A program made the translations under genes and the position numbers. DNA of 64,000 nt from an uncultured delta proteobacterium (GTDB lineage: Bacteria; Myxococcota; Myxococcia; Myxococcales; Myxococcaceae): positions 192,001 through 256,000 of the forward strand of contig CAWCKH010000001.1 of the NCBI GenBank assembly GCA_963796055.1, in the 5' to 3' direction. This document shows positions 49,486 to 60,699 of this stretch, one piece after another. Each line of letters begins with the position of its first letter. Position 1 is the stretch's first letter. Below the pieces are notes generated by a model. The model was not told the DNA's origin, did no database searches, and worked only from the letters and a program-made list of their open reading frames with translations.

Positions 49486-50106
49486 GTGAACGAGAAGAAG
49501 CCCGAGACCCCGCCGAGCCCGGCGACGACGCCCTTCACCCCCATCGACCAGCACCTCTTCGAGTCGCGGACGGTGTTCGTCAGCGGCGAGGTGAACGCCG
49601 ACCTGGCGCTCCGGGTGAACCGACTGCTCCTGGCGCTCGAGCGCAGCAACCCCACGCAGCCCATCGTCCTCTGGGTGGATTGCCCGGGCGGCGAGGTCTA
49701 CTCGGGGTTCGCCATCTACGACACCGCGCGCTTCATCTCGCCGCGCATCGTCACCGTGGTCGCCGGGTTCGCCGGGAGCATGGGCTCGGTCATCGCCCTG
49801 GCCGCGGAGAAGGAGGACCGGGTCGCCCTCCCCAACGCCAAGCTCCTCATCCACCAGCCGCTGGTGGGCGGGGTCATCCACGGCTCGGCGAGCGATTTGG
49901 AGATCCACGCCCGGGACATCATCGAGCTGAAGAAGAAGATGCACCGCCTCTACGCCGAGCGCACCGGAACGCCTCAGGAGCGGTTCGTGGATCTCATGGA
50001 GCGCGACCGGTGGATCGACCCCCCGGCGGCCATCGACCTCGGCCTCATCTCCAAGGTGGTCAACACCCGCAAGGAGCTGGACGCGCTCGTGCAGCGCGGA
50101 CACTGA
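49486..50106 (+). CDS. clpP: ClpP protease (orphan paralog)
   Basis: PGG, AGSMG (Ser), IHQP (His), MERD (Asp); GAGGAG RBS before GTG 49486. Confidence 0.88.
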   Translation: MNEKKPETPPSPATTPFTPIDQHLFESRTVFVSGEVNADLALRVNRLLLALERSNPTQPIVLWVDCPGGEVYSGFAIYDTARFISPRIVTVVAGFAGSMGSVIALAAEKEDRVALPNAKLLIHQPLVGGVIHGSASDLEIHARDIIELKKKMHRLYAERTGTPQERFVDLMERDRWIDPPAAIDLGLISKVVNTRKELDALVQRGH

Positions 50107-50122
50107 CTGAATCCGGCTCGCC

Positions 50123-51628
50123 TCAGCCGGCGAGCCCTTCCAGGTAGGTCACGTAGCTGCCCACCGCGCCGTCGAGGCTGGCGACCTTCGGGTTGCTGGA
50201 CTCGACGACGAAGTACTCGTCCGGAGCGTGGGCGCCCGAGCCGTGTCCCAGTCCGTAGTGACCGGCGGGAAGGCCGAGCGGCTTGCCGGTGAAGATGTAC
50301 CCCGGCCACGAACCGGCGTTCCGCGGCCAGAGCAGCGGGTCGAGGCCCGCCCGGCGGTACGCCCGGTCCAGGGTCTTGACGAACTCCGAGTCGGCCGGCG
50401 TGCTGGTCGGGTCGTAACCCCCCGTCATGTTCACCTCGAGGTCGCCGAAGCCGCGCTTCTCGAGGTGTGCCTTCAGGGCCGCCAGCGACCGCTCCGCGGT
50501 CATGTCCGGAACCAGCCGGAGGTCGAGCTTGGCCACCGCCCGCGCCGGGAGCATCGTCTTCCCGCCCGGTCCGGTGTAGCCGCCCACCAGCCGCTCGATG
50601 TTCACCGTTGGCCGGGTGGCGAACCGCTGCAGTGCGTGAACCCAGTCCTCGTCGCGGATCCAGCGCCTGGCGCCGAGAAGCTCCTTGGCCTTGGCCTCGC
50701 TCATCCGCTGCGAGGCACGCTGGATCATCTCCAGCTCGGCGGTGGAGGCCGGCCGGGCCGCGTCGGCGAAGCCGTCGATCGCCGGCTCGGCCCCGTCGGG
50801 CGTGACGAGCGTCGCCAGCGCCTGGACCAGGTGGAACGCCGGGCTGTCCAGCCGCGCCCGGTTCGCCGAGTGCACGTCCTTCGACGGCCCCCGCCCCCAG
50901 CGTGCACCGCTGGCCACCAGCTCGAGCTCGATGACGCCCTTGGCCCCGAGGCTGAGTGTCACCTCACCGTCGGGATCCTGCATCGCGCTGGGCATGAAGA
51001 TGCCGAGCGACTTGCCGAGGGCGGCGGCGATGTCCGGTCGGCGCACCACCTCCCCGAAGTGGGGCGAACCGATCTCCTCCTCTCCCTCGGCGACCAGGAC
51101 CAGATTCACCGGCAGCTTGCGCTTTGCCGCCCGGTAGGCATGGAGCGCCGAGAGGAAGGCCGCCTCGGGCCCCTTCTGGTTCACCGCGCCCCGGCCGACC
51201 ACCACCTTCCCGAATCCGGGCTTGTCCACCACCCGGCCCTCGAAGGGGGGCGAGCTCCACTCCGCCGGATCCGCCTGCTTCACGTCGTACATGAAGTAGA
51301 GCCCCAGCGTCTTCCGGGCCCCGGCATCGAGGGTGGCGAACACCCCTGGCTTCCCGCTGGTCGGCACTTGCTCTACCTTCTGGAAACCAGCGTCCCGGAG
51401 CATCTGGACGAAGAACGGCAGCCCGGTGTCGTAGCCGCGGTTCTCGGCGCAGATGCACGGCTCGCGGATCCACGCCTGGAGCCGCTGCACGTTCTCGGCA
51501 TGCCGCCGGGCGATCTCCGCGGCCAGCGGTCCGGAGGGCGCGGCCCCGAGCGCGAGCCGTGGCCCCGATGCGGCGGCCGCCGTTCCCACCGCGGCGCCGA
51601 GCAAGGTGCGACGTGAGAGGTCGGTCAT
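50123..51628 (-). CDS. Tat-exported M20/M25/M40 family metallohydrolase homolog
   Basis: SRRTLL Tat motif; W..PPF, GRGA..KG, EGEEEIGS, AHAPDE. Confidence 0.85.
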   Translation of the reverse strand: MTDLSRRTLLGAAVGTAAAASGPRLALGAAPSGPLAAEIARRHAENVQRLQAWIREPCICAENRGYDTGLPFFVQMLRDAGFQKVEQVPTSGKPGVFATLDAGARKTLGLYFMYDVKQADPAEWSSPPFEGRVVDKPGFGKVVVGRGAVNQKGPEAAFLSALHAYRAAKRKLPVNLVLVAEGEEEIGSPHFGEVVRRPDIAAALGKSLGIFMPSAMQDPDGEVTLSLGAKGVIELELVASGARWGRGPSKDVHSANRARLDSPAFHLVQALATLVTPDGAEPAIDGFADAARPASTAELEMIQRASQRMSEAKAKELLGARRWIRDEDWVHALQRFATRPTVNIERLVGGYTGPGGKTMLPARAVAKLDLRLVPDMTAERSLAALKAHLEKRGFGDLEVNMTGGYDPTSTPADSEFVKTLDRAYRRAGLDPLLWPRNAGSWPGYIFTGKPLGLPAGHYGLGHGSGAHAPDEYFVVESSNPKVASLDGAVGSYVTYLEGLAG

Positions 51629-53106
51629 GAAACCGGCGAGCTTCGGCCCTGCCCTCCCCGGCTGTCGAGAAATTCCGGGTGGGCGACCATCACCACCGCG
51701 ATCCCTCCGCGCCGCGCAACGTTCACCACCTGCTCCTGGGAGGCACGCGCGGTGAGTGACAGACCCTCCTCCGTCGGCGCCAGCCCCAGCACCACGTAGA
51801 ACGGCTCGAGCCGAACCCCCCCATCCGCCGCCAGGACCGGGAACTCGTGCACCGGAACCGGGACCAGCTGCTGCGCCACCCAGGTGTCCGGCTCGGCCAT
51901 CGCCCGGTCCAGGGCCTGCTCCCAGCCGGCCTGGGTCCGCTGCGCACCGATGCAGACGCCCGCGCCTCCGTAGGAGCGGTTCGGCTTCAGGACCAGCATC
52001 TCTCGCTCGGAGCGGACGAACTCCGGCAGGTCCCCCACGCTCCCGTCCGCGAGCTGGGTCGTCCGTCCCCGGATCAGCCGGGTCCACGGCACGTGTCGGC
52101 GGAACACCTGTCGCTCCCCTGGCGTGAAGTGTCGGTTTGCAAGGGCGGGGTCGGTGAACACCTCCCACATGCTCTTCTGCTCCACCTCGGCGGCAATGGA
52201 GGACACCATCCGGTTCTGGGCCAGCAGCGCGCGCATCGGCGAGACGTCCACCCCCCGATGGCTCAGCTGGCGGAGCTCCTCCACCGAGTAGTCCCGGTAG
52301 CCGAGGTCCACGGCCTCTCCCCGGAACAGCACCTCGTCGCCGTCGAGGACCAGCTCGGTCGGGTCGGCGTGACAGACGTCCACCCCGAAGCGCCGGTGGA
52401 AGTGCTCGGCGAGGAGGGTCTGCTCCTCCGGGCCGGTATCCGCCCAGCGCGGCTCGATGAAGCAGATGCGGCGCCCCCGCCGGCCCAGCGCCTCGAGGTG
52501 CTCGAGCATCTGCCCGGCCAGCAGGTCACGCACGTCCTGACCGAGCGTCAGCTGGAGCGAGGGATCCGCCTGCCGGAGCGAGGGCCCCAGCCGTTGCTCG
52601 AGGATGCGCTCCGCGTTGGGGAGCATGTGGAGCCCTCCCACCCCGGTGAGGTTCGGCTCGAGGAACTGCAGGGTGCTCTTCCACTGCGCGCTCTCGAACA
52701 GCGCCGTGGCGTCGAGGCGTCCGAACACCGGGTTGCTCCGGGCATGGAGCGGCCCCCAGCAGGCCCGGATCCACTCCTCTTCTCCGCGGGACAGGGGGAG
52801 CGCCCTGCGGACCCCCGGATCCGCCAGCCAAACCTCGAGCAATCGCCGGGTCGCCTCGTGCAGGGTGAGCGCGGTGGCGTGAAGGTAATGCAGCTGCTCG
52901 GGGAGCACGGTCAGCGGCGCGGGGAGGATGCTCACCTCCGTGGGGCGACCTTCGTGGAGGTAGACCAGCGTGGCCGCCCTGGCGTCCTCCTGGATCCAGC
53001 GGAGGATGTTCCGCATCCGCTCGGGGGCGATCGCCAGCAGCGCCGAACGGACCCGGGCGCCGAGGCGCCGGCTTGCCAGCCCCAGCTCTTCTGCGGGCGT
53101 CTGCAT
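51625..53106 (-). CDS. circularly permuted ATP-grasp amide ligase
   Basis: N-terminal GRLD and FLEPN..G.GG (ExN) precede LVLKP..YGG.GV, WVAQ and VNV..GG. Confidence 0.72.
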   Translation of the reverse strand: MQTPAEELGLASRRLGARVRSALLAIAPERMRNILRWIQEDARAATLVYLHEGRPTEVSILPAPLTVLPEQLHYLHATALTLHEATRRLLEVWLADPGVRRALPLSRGEEEWIRACWGPLHARSNPVFGRLDATALFESAQWKSTLQFLEPNLTGVGGLHMLPNAERILEQRLGPSLRQADPSLQLTLGQDVRDLLAGQMLEHLEALGRRGRRICFIEPRWADTGPEEQTLLAEHFHRRFGVDVCHADPTELVLDGDEVLFRGEAVDLGYRDYSVEELRQLSHRGVDVSPMRALLAQNRMVSSIAAEVEQKSMWEVFTDPALANRHFTPGERQVFRRHVPWTRLIRGRTTQLADGSVGDLPEFVRSEREMLVLKPNRSYGGAGVCIGAQRTQAGWEQALDRAMAEPDTWVAQQLVPVPVHEFPVLAADGGVRLEPFYVVLGLAPTEEGLSLTARASQEQVVNVARRGGIAVVMVAHPEFLDSRGGQGRSSPVS

Positions 53107-53261
53107 GGCGGGACTCCTCGCGAGCAAGACCGGTGCCCCCGCGGAACTCCGGGCAGTTGCGCGGGCCGGGGGCCGCAAGCCTTGCGCGTCGGGTCCCGTC
53201 GGCTGGGGGGCCGGACCGCTTTCGCTCCCTCCACGGCCTGGTTCAAGCTGTCCTCCGGTCC

Positions 53262-54128
53262 ATGCGTCTTCGACACGCCCTGCCCTCCTGCGCCGCGCTC
53301 GGGCTCGCAGCCTGCGCGTTCCTGAACGACGGCGCCCAGCCCAACACTCCGGGGAAGCTGAAGCCCACCTGTGCCGACGTGGAGATGGAGGCGTGCATCG
53401 CGGAGTCGGTCACGATCTCGGCCGAGGCGCTGCCAGGTCTCGACGGGAGGGAGATCGCGGCACTGCTCGCCGATCCCAGACCGGTGCCGGTCCGGTGCAT
53501 CCTCCGAGAGACGGGGACGCTGGAGGCCTGCCACGTCCTCGACTCCCGCGGCTCCCCCTTCGAGCAGTCCATCGGGCAGTCCATCGAGAGCTGGCTGCAG
53601 CGGCGTCACTACACGCCGGTCACCTACAAGGCACGGCCGGTTCTCGTGCCCTACACCTTCCTGGTCTCCTTCAACCCTCCACCTGCCGAGATGGCGCGAC
53701 TCTCCGCCGTGCGGATCGAGGTCTTCCGGGCGCTGCTGTCCCGGCTCCGTGGGCCGGCCGTCGACGCCGGCACCGCGGCCCGTCCCCTGGTGTGCGCGGG
53801 CATCGGGGACGACGTGGCGGATCCGCCTCGCAACGAGATGGAGGCCCTCACCCGCGCCGGCGCGCAGGTGGAGCCCGCCTCGAGCTGCTGGGAGCTGATG
53901 CAGACGGTCGGCGGGGCTGCTCCCTTCGGGACCGTGGTGGTGCGGGACGTTCAGTTCGAGCGGCCCGACGTCGCAGAGGTCCGGGCAGAGCTCGGGGTCT
54001 CCGGGCAGACGCCGGACTTCCTTCTCCTCCGTGTGAGCCGGCTGGGTGGGCGCTGGCTGGTCGAGGAGCTGCCGGCACGTGCGCCCGACGGGGGCGTGCC
54101 GATTGCACCGGACGGCGGCGCGCGCTGA
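53262..54128 (+). CDS. lipoprotein with a TonB-C-like domain
   Basis: Lipobox LAAC; VRC...GTL..C.V, YTP...RPV.V.Y.F.V.F. Confidence 0.65.
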   Translation: MRLRHALPSCAALGLAACAFLNDGAQPNTPGKLKPTCADVEMEACIAESVTISAEALPGLDGREIAALLADPRPVPVRCILRETGTLEACHVLDSRGSPFEQSIGQSIESWLQRRHYTPVTYKARPVLVPYTFLVSFNPPPAEMARLSAVRIEVFRALLSRLRGPAVDAGTAARPLVCAGIGDDVADPPRNEMEALTRAGAQVEPASSCWELMQTVGGAAPFGTVVVRDVQFERPDVAEVRAELGVSGQTPDFLLLRVSRLGGRWLVEELPARAPDGGVPIAPDGGAR

Positions 54129-54195
54129 CGACGGCGCTAACCCGGGCGGGCCCTCCGGTGTGGATCCACCCACACCCCGTTCCGGAGTCTCACCG

Positions 54196-54597
54196 ATGCG
54201 TCGTCCTGTCCCTTCCCCTGCCGTCCTCCTCGTCGTCGTCTCTCTCGCCGGGCTCGGCGCTTCCGCCGCGCTCGCCCAGCAGGCTCCAGCCACGACCCCG
54301 GCCACCCGTCCCTGCGAGGCGGACGTCGCCCGCCTCTGTCCCGGCGTCACTCCCGGTCAGGGCGGCATTCGCCAGTGCCTCCGGCAGAATGCCGACCAGC
54401 TGTCTGCCGAGTGCAAGGCCCACATCGCGCAGGCGCGGGAGCACTTTCACGTGGCCCGTGAGGCCTGTCAGGGTGATGTCTCGAAGCTCTGCGCCGAGGT
54501 GAAGCCCGGGCATGGCCGCATCCTGGCCTGCCTCTCCGAGCACAGCGCCGAGCTCAGCGACGCCTGCAAGGCGCAGCTGCCCGCGCCGAGGTCCTGA
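54196..54597 (+). CDS. secreted cysteine-rich repeat protein (GLG1-like repeats)
   Basis: Two C..D...LC..V.PG.G.I..CL......LS..C repeats; signal peptide. Confidence 0.82.
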   Translation: MRRPVPSPAVLLVVVSLAGLGASAALAQQAPATTPATRPCEADVARLCPGVTPGQGGIRQCLRQNADQLSAECKAHIAQAREHFHVAREACQGDVSKLCAEVKPGHGRILACLSEHSAELSDACKAQLPAPRS

Positions 54598-54642
54598 GCG
54601 GCCTTCCTCCGCGGCCTCGGCGCGGGCCGGGTCCGCCCGAGG

Positions 54643-55755
54643 TCAGCGGACCGGGGGATGTCGACGTGGCCCGCCGGCGTGCAGCGGGCCCGGGGGGAGC
54701 GCGTAGAACTCGCCGAGCGCTGTCCGGATGCCCCGTGCGGTGCGCGCCGGCGTGCGCCCCAGCAGCACCAGGCCGTCGGTCCCTGCCGGGTCGAGCCACA
54801 GCTCGTAGGCGGATGCCCCCTCGCCCCCCGCTCCCACCGCCCGCTGTTCGCCGTGGGTCCGGATGAAGAATCCGTAACCGACGTCCGAGCCCGGCCCGAG
54901 CGGCAACCGCGGTTCCCAGAGCGCGGCACGCGTCTGCGGAGAGACGAGCTTGCCGGCCCGCAGGGCGTCGATGAGCTGGAACTGGTCGTCGAGCGTCGTC
55001 GTCCCGCGCACTGCCGACGGGCACGCCGGGGTCGCGGTCAGCGAGGTGCCGGTCATCCCCGCGGGCCGCAGTAGCCGGGCCTCCGCGAAGCGGTCGAACG
55101 GCTCGCCGGAGACCTGGGCGACGAGGCGCTCCACCAGGAGCCACGGCCGTTCGTCGCCCGGATCGATGCGGGTGCCAGGGGCGGCCTTCAGCGGCACCTT
55201 GCCTGCAGCGTCGAGACGCTCGGCGAGAGACTCGTCGAGCGAGGAACTCCGAGCCGTCCCGCCGATCGAGCCGAGAGTGGTCCGGGTGGGGTCGAGCTTC
55301 GGCTCGAGGGCAACCTGGGGGTCGGGAGCCAGTCCTGCCGAATCGGTCAGGAGGTTGGCGACGGTGAGCGAGGCGAACGACGTCCCCGCGACGGATGGAA
55401 GCCGCTGCTCGAGCCGGTCGTCCCAGCCGACCTTGCCGCCCTCGACCAGGAGTCCCACCGCCACCGCGTCCAGGAGCTTGCGGCCGGTCCCCAGCGGAAG
55501 GCACGCGGTGTCCCCGAAGCTCCGGTCGATCTCGGTCTTGCCCGCGTGGAGCACCCGGACCTGGCCCTGGAAGCCGTCGCTGGCAGCGATCCGCTCGAGG
55601 TCGGATTTCAGCGCCAGGAGCCAGTCGTCGCGACGGTCCGCCTTCGGCGTCTCCGCCGGCACGTGCGAGCAGGCCCCCGCGGCGAACAGCACGACGAGCA
55701 TGGTCCAGCGCACCGAGTCCCTCCTCCTCCGAGTCGGAAGAACACCCCTCCGCAT
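54643..55755 (-). CDS. serine hydrolase/beta-lactamase-fold lipoprotein with a degenerate active site
   Basis: Lipobox [34 protein letters not shown]; start could be 55788, 55755 or 55701. Confidence 0.75.
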   Translation of the reverse strand: MRRGVLPTRRRRDSVRWTMLVVLFAAGACSHVPAETPKADRRDDWLLALKSDLERIAASDGFQGQVRVLHAGKTEIDRSFGDTACLPLGTGRKLLDAVAVGLLVEGGKVGWDDRLEQRLPSVAGTSFASLTVANLLTDSAGLAPDPQVALEPKLDPTRTTLGSIGGTARSSSLDESLAERLDAAGKVPLKAAPGTRIDPGDERPWLLVERLVAQVSGEPFDRFAEARLLRPAGMTGTSLTATPACPSAVRGTTTLDDQFQLIDALRAGKLVSPQTRAALWEPRLPLGPGSDVGYGFFIRTHGEQRAVGAGGEGASAYELWLDPAGTDGLVLLGRTPARTARGIRTALGEFYALPPGPLHAGGPRRHPPVR

Positions 55756-55784
55756 CCCCACCTCCGTGTGGACGTGTGAAGCGC

Positions 55785-57336
55785 TCACTCCCACTCGATG
55801 GTGGCGGGCGGCTTGCTGGAGATGTCGTAGACCACGCGGTTGATGCCCCGCACCTCGTTGGTGATGCGCGCCGAGATGCGCGCCAGCAGCTCGTGCGGGA
55901 TGCCGCGCCCAGTCCGCGGTCATCCCATCCACGCTGGTCACTGCCCGCACCACCGCGGTGGACTCGTAGGTGCGCTCGTCACCCATCACCCCCACGCTGG
56001 AGACAGGGAGCAACACCGCAAACGCCTGCCACACCTGTCCGTAGAGGCCGGCCTTGCGGACCTCGTCCTGCACGATGAGGTCGGCCTTGCGCACCAGCTC
56101 CAGCCGCTCCTCGGTGACCTCGCCGAGCACCCGGATCGCGAGGCCCGGGCCGGGGAACGGGTGACGCATCAGCATCGCCTCGGGCAGACCCAGCTCCCGG
56201 CCCAGTGCCCGCACCTCGTCCTTGAACAGCTCGCGGAGGGGCTCGACCAGCTGGAGCTTCATCACCTCGGGCAGCCCGCCCACGTTGTGGTGGCTCTTGA
56301 TGGTGGCCGAGGGCCCCTTGGTGGACACCGACTCGATGACGTCCGGGTACAGGGTGCCCTGGGCAAGGAAGTCCGCGCCCTGGATGTCGCGGGCGGCCTC
56401 CTCGAAGACGGCGATGAACTCCCGGCCGATGATCTTCCGCTTCTTCTCCGGGTCGGTCACCCCGGCCAGCCGGTCCAGGAAACGCTTCCGGGCGTCCACC
56501 GTCCGGAGCGGCACGTGGAAGCGGCCCTCGAAGAGCTGCTCCACTTGCTCGCGCTCCCCGGAGCGGAGCACGCCATTGTCGACGAAGATGCAGGTCAGCC
56601 GGTCGCCGATCGCGCGGTGGATGAGGAGCGCGGCCACCGAGCTGTCCACCCCGCCCGACAGCGCGCAGATGACCTTCCCCTGCCCCACCTGCTTGCGGAT
56701 GGCCTCCACCGCCTCCTCGGCGAAGCCCTTCATGGTCCAGGCGCCGGAGAGCTTGCAGACCTCGAAGAGGAAGGCCCGGTACATGTCCTTGCCCCGGGGC
56801 GTGTGGACCACCTCGGGGTGGAACTGGAGCCCGAAGATGGGCCGCTCGCGGTGCGCCGTCGCCGCCAGGGGCGCGTTGGCGGTCCGGGCGATGGGCTCGA
56901 ACCCGGGCGGCAAGGTGTCCACCCGGTCCCCGTGGCTCATCCACACCTCGCAGGTGGCGCCCTCCTTGAACGGCGCCAGCGGCCCCTTGCTCTCCAGCAC
57001 CTCGATGACCGCCGGACCGAACTCCCGGTGGGCGGTCCGGTCCACGCGGCCCCCAAGCATCTTGGCGATGAGCTGCAGCCCGTAGCAGATGCCCAGCACC
57101 GGGACGCCGAGGTCGAACACCCCGGCCGCGGGCATGGGCGCCCCCTCGGCCTCGACCGACATCGGCCCCCCCGAGAGGATGATGCCCTTCGGCCCGAAGG
57201 CCTTGATGTCGGCCAGCGGCAGGTCGGGCCGGTGGATCTCGCAGTAGACGCCCAGCTCGCGGACCCGCCGGGCGATCAGCTGGGTGTACTGACTGCCGAA
57301 GTCGAGGATGAGGACCTTCTCGTCGTGGATGTGCAC
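55785..57336 (-). CDS. guaA: GMP synthase (1-nt frameshift near 55902)
   Basis: [30 protein letters not shown]; canonical tail [18 protein letters not shown] lies in a shifted frame ending at 55785. Confidence 0.95.
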
Positions 57337-57356
57337 GGCACTGCCTCGTCCCGGGG

Positions 57357-58823
<1,467 letters not shown>

Positions 58824-58897
58824 CTATACGCCGCACCCCGGACAAAATCCATCCCGGGCGGACCGGACACCGGGTTTTCCCGTGGACTCCCGGGTGC

Positions 58898-59599
58898 TTA
58901 CTCGCGCAGCTCGCCAGCTGGACGCCGGAGCACCGCACCCGGCGGTGGCGGGCGGTCCTCCTCGCGCATCTGCTCGCGTATCTTCCGGGCGAGGCTCAGC
59001 TCCCGCCAGCGGTGCACCGCCGCCCAGAGCAGCACGGTGGCCAGGAGCAGCCCCACGGCGATGAGCTGGTACCGCTTCATCAGCTCGATGACCTGCTGGA
59101 GGTGGCGGCCGAACCGGAAGCCGAGCAGGACGAACAGGGGCGCGGAGACCAGCGCGGCAAGGCCGTCGAAGCAGATGAACCGCGGATACGGCATGCCGGC
59201 CGACCCCGCGGTGAAGTACGTCACTGCCCGGACCCCGGGCATGAAGCGGGCAGCGATGACGATCTTCTCCCCGTGACGGGCGAAGAGCCCTTCCACCTGG
59301 ATGCGGCGAGGGGGGGTCACCACCCGGGAGAGCCAGCCGTGGCCGGTACGCACCCGCCGGCCCACCCGGCGGCCCGCCAGGTAGATGAGCGAATCTCCCA
59401 CCAGGATGCCCACGAACCCGGTCGCGACCATCACCCAGAGGTGGGCCACGCCCTTGTAGACCAGAAACCCGCCGAGGATGAGCGAGATGTCCTCGGGCAG
59501 CGGGACCCCCAGGCCACACGCCACCAGCACGGCGAAGATGGACAGGTAGGCCATCGCTCCGTGGGAACCGAGCAGGAGGGTCTTGAGGATCGCTTCCAA
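58898..59599 (-). CDS. DedA family membrane protein
   Basis: GLGVPLPED, GDS..Y..GR, ARFMPGVR. Confidence 0.9.
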   Translation of the reverse strand: MEAILKTLLLGSHGAMAYLSIFAVLVACGLGVPLPEDISLILGGFLVYKGVAHLWVMVATGFVGILVGDSLIYLAGRRVGRRVRTGHGWLSRVVTPPRRIQVEGLFARHGEKIVIAARFMPGVRAVTYFTAGSAGMPYPRFICFDGLAALVSAPLFVLLGFRFGRHLQQVIELMKRYQLIAVGLLLATVLLWAAVHRWRELSLARKIREQMREEDRPPPPGAVLRRPAGELRE

Positions 59600-59668
59600 G
59601 CAGGTGCCAGGCCGGGCGCAGCGGGGCGGCCGAGGGACCTTAGCACCCCACCGCGAAGATCCGGCAGC

Positions 59669-60121
59669 TCACGGACGGGGGAGCAGGGCCTTGAATGCTT
59701 CCCGATTGGCTTGGAGCCTGGCACCGAACTGGGACACGATCGCCATCAGGAGCTTGAGACACGCCTGCGGCTTCTGGGTCATCAGCCGCTGGAAATCCAC
59801 GCTCCGCAGCTCGACGGCGGTGACCGGGGTGAGCGCCATGGCGCTGCAGAGGCGCTGGCCCTGCTGCACCAGCGCGAGCTCTCCGAGCGAATCACCGCGC
59901 TGGAGCTCGCCGAGCGGGAGCTCCTCGGCCCCGTTCCGGACGGTGATGCCCACCCGACCATCGGCGATGATGAACAGGCTCTCGGCGAGCATGTTCTCCA
60001 CGAAGAGCGGGGTGCCGCGCGGGTAGGTCCGCTCCACCGCGATGCCGGCGAGGATCTGCAGTCCCGTCTCGGTGAATCCCTTGAAGAGGGCACAGGTCCG
60101 GAGAGCGTCCTGTGGCGGCAT
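59669..60121 (-). CDS. stand-alone cyclic nucleotide-binding domain protein
   Basis: LFKG, LFIIADG.V, GDSLGELAL...R..SA.A. Confidence 0.85.
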   Translation of the reverse strand: MPPQDALRTCALFKGFTETGLQILAGIAVERTYPRGTPLFVENMLAESLFIIADGRVGITVRNGAEELPLGELQRGDSLGELALVQQGQRLCSAMALTPVTAVELRSVDFQRLMTQKPQACLKLLMAIVSQFGARLQANREAFKALLPRP

Positions 60122-60186
60122 TGAACAGCCCTTGTACCACGGGAGCACCCCAGGTCAGGGAAAGCCCGACCTGTTGCACTCGGACC

Positions 60187-60699
60187 TCACCCGCCCCGGT
60201 GGAGCTTTGCGTTCAGGACGTACCCGGCGGCGGAGGTGAGGAGCCCGGCGCGCTCGGCGTCGGTGAGAGGCCGCTTCACCTTGCCCGGGCTTCCCATCAC
60301 CATCGAGCCCGAGGGCACGTGGGTGCCGGGAATGAGCAGCGTCCCGGCGGCGATGAAGCAGTCGTCCTCGATGACCACGCCGTTGAGCACGATGGCGCCG
60401 ATGCCCACCAGCACCCGATTGCCCACCGTGCAGCCATGGATGACGACGTGGTGGCCCACCGTGACGTCGTCCCCCAGCCGGGTGGGATGGGTGCCCTTCT
60501 CCACGTGGACCATGGTCAGGTCCTGGATGTTGGTCCGGGACCCGATCCGGATGGTGTTCACGTCGCCGCGGAGCACGGTGTTGTACCAGACCGAGGACTC
60601 CTCCCCGATCTCCACGTTCCCGATGACGTGGGCCCCGTCGGCGACGAAGACCGAGGGGTGAAGCCGCGGCGTGGCTCCCTGGAAGGCGCGGATTCCCAT
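60187..60699 (-). CDS. gamma carbonic anhydrase family protein
   Basis: LRGDVN.I.IG..TNIQD, H..GH..HGC, hexapeptide repeats. Confidence 0.9.
   Translation of the reverse strand: MGIRAFQGATPRLHPSVFVADGAHVIGNVEIGEESSVWYNTVLRGDVNTIRIGSRTNIQDLTMVHVEKGTHPTRLGDDVTVGHHVVIHGCTVGNRVLVGIGAIVLNGVVIEDDCFIAAGTLLIPGTHVPSGSMVMGSPGKVKRPLTDAERAGLLTSAAGYVLNAKLHRGG

Noticed and set aside
50595..50600. NIER instead of NIxG in the M20 protein
   Set aside because: Single-base difference in a sequence with other apparent errors; not interpretable
54643..57336. GuaA-beta-lactamase fusion as a genuine protein
   Set aside because: Explained by a single-base insertion; the intact GuaA C-terminus and a separate signal peptide are both present
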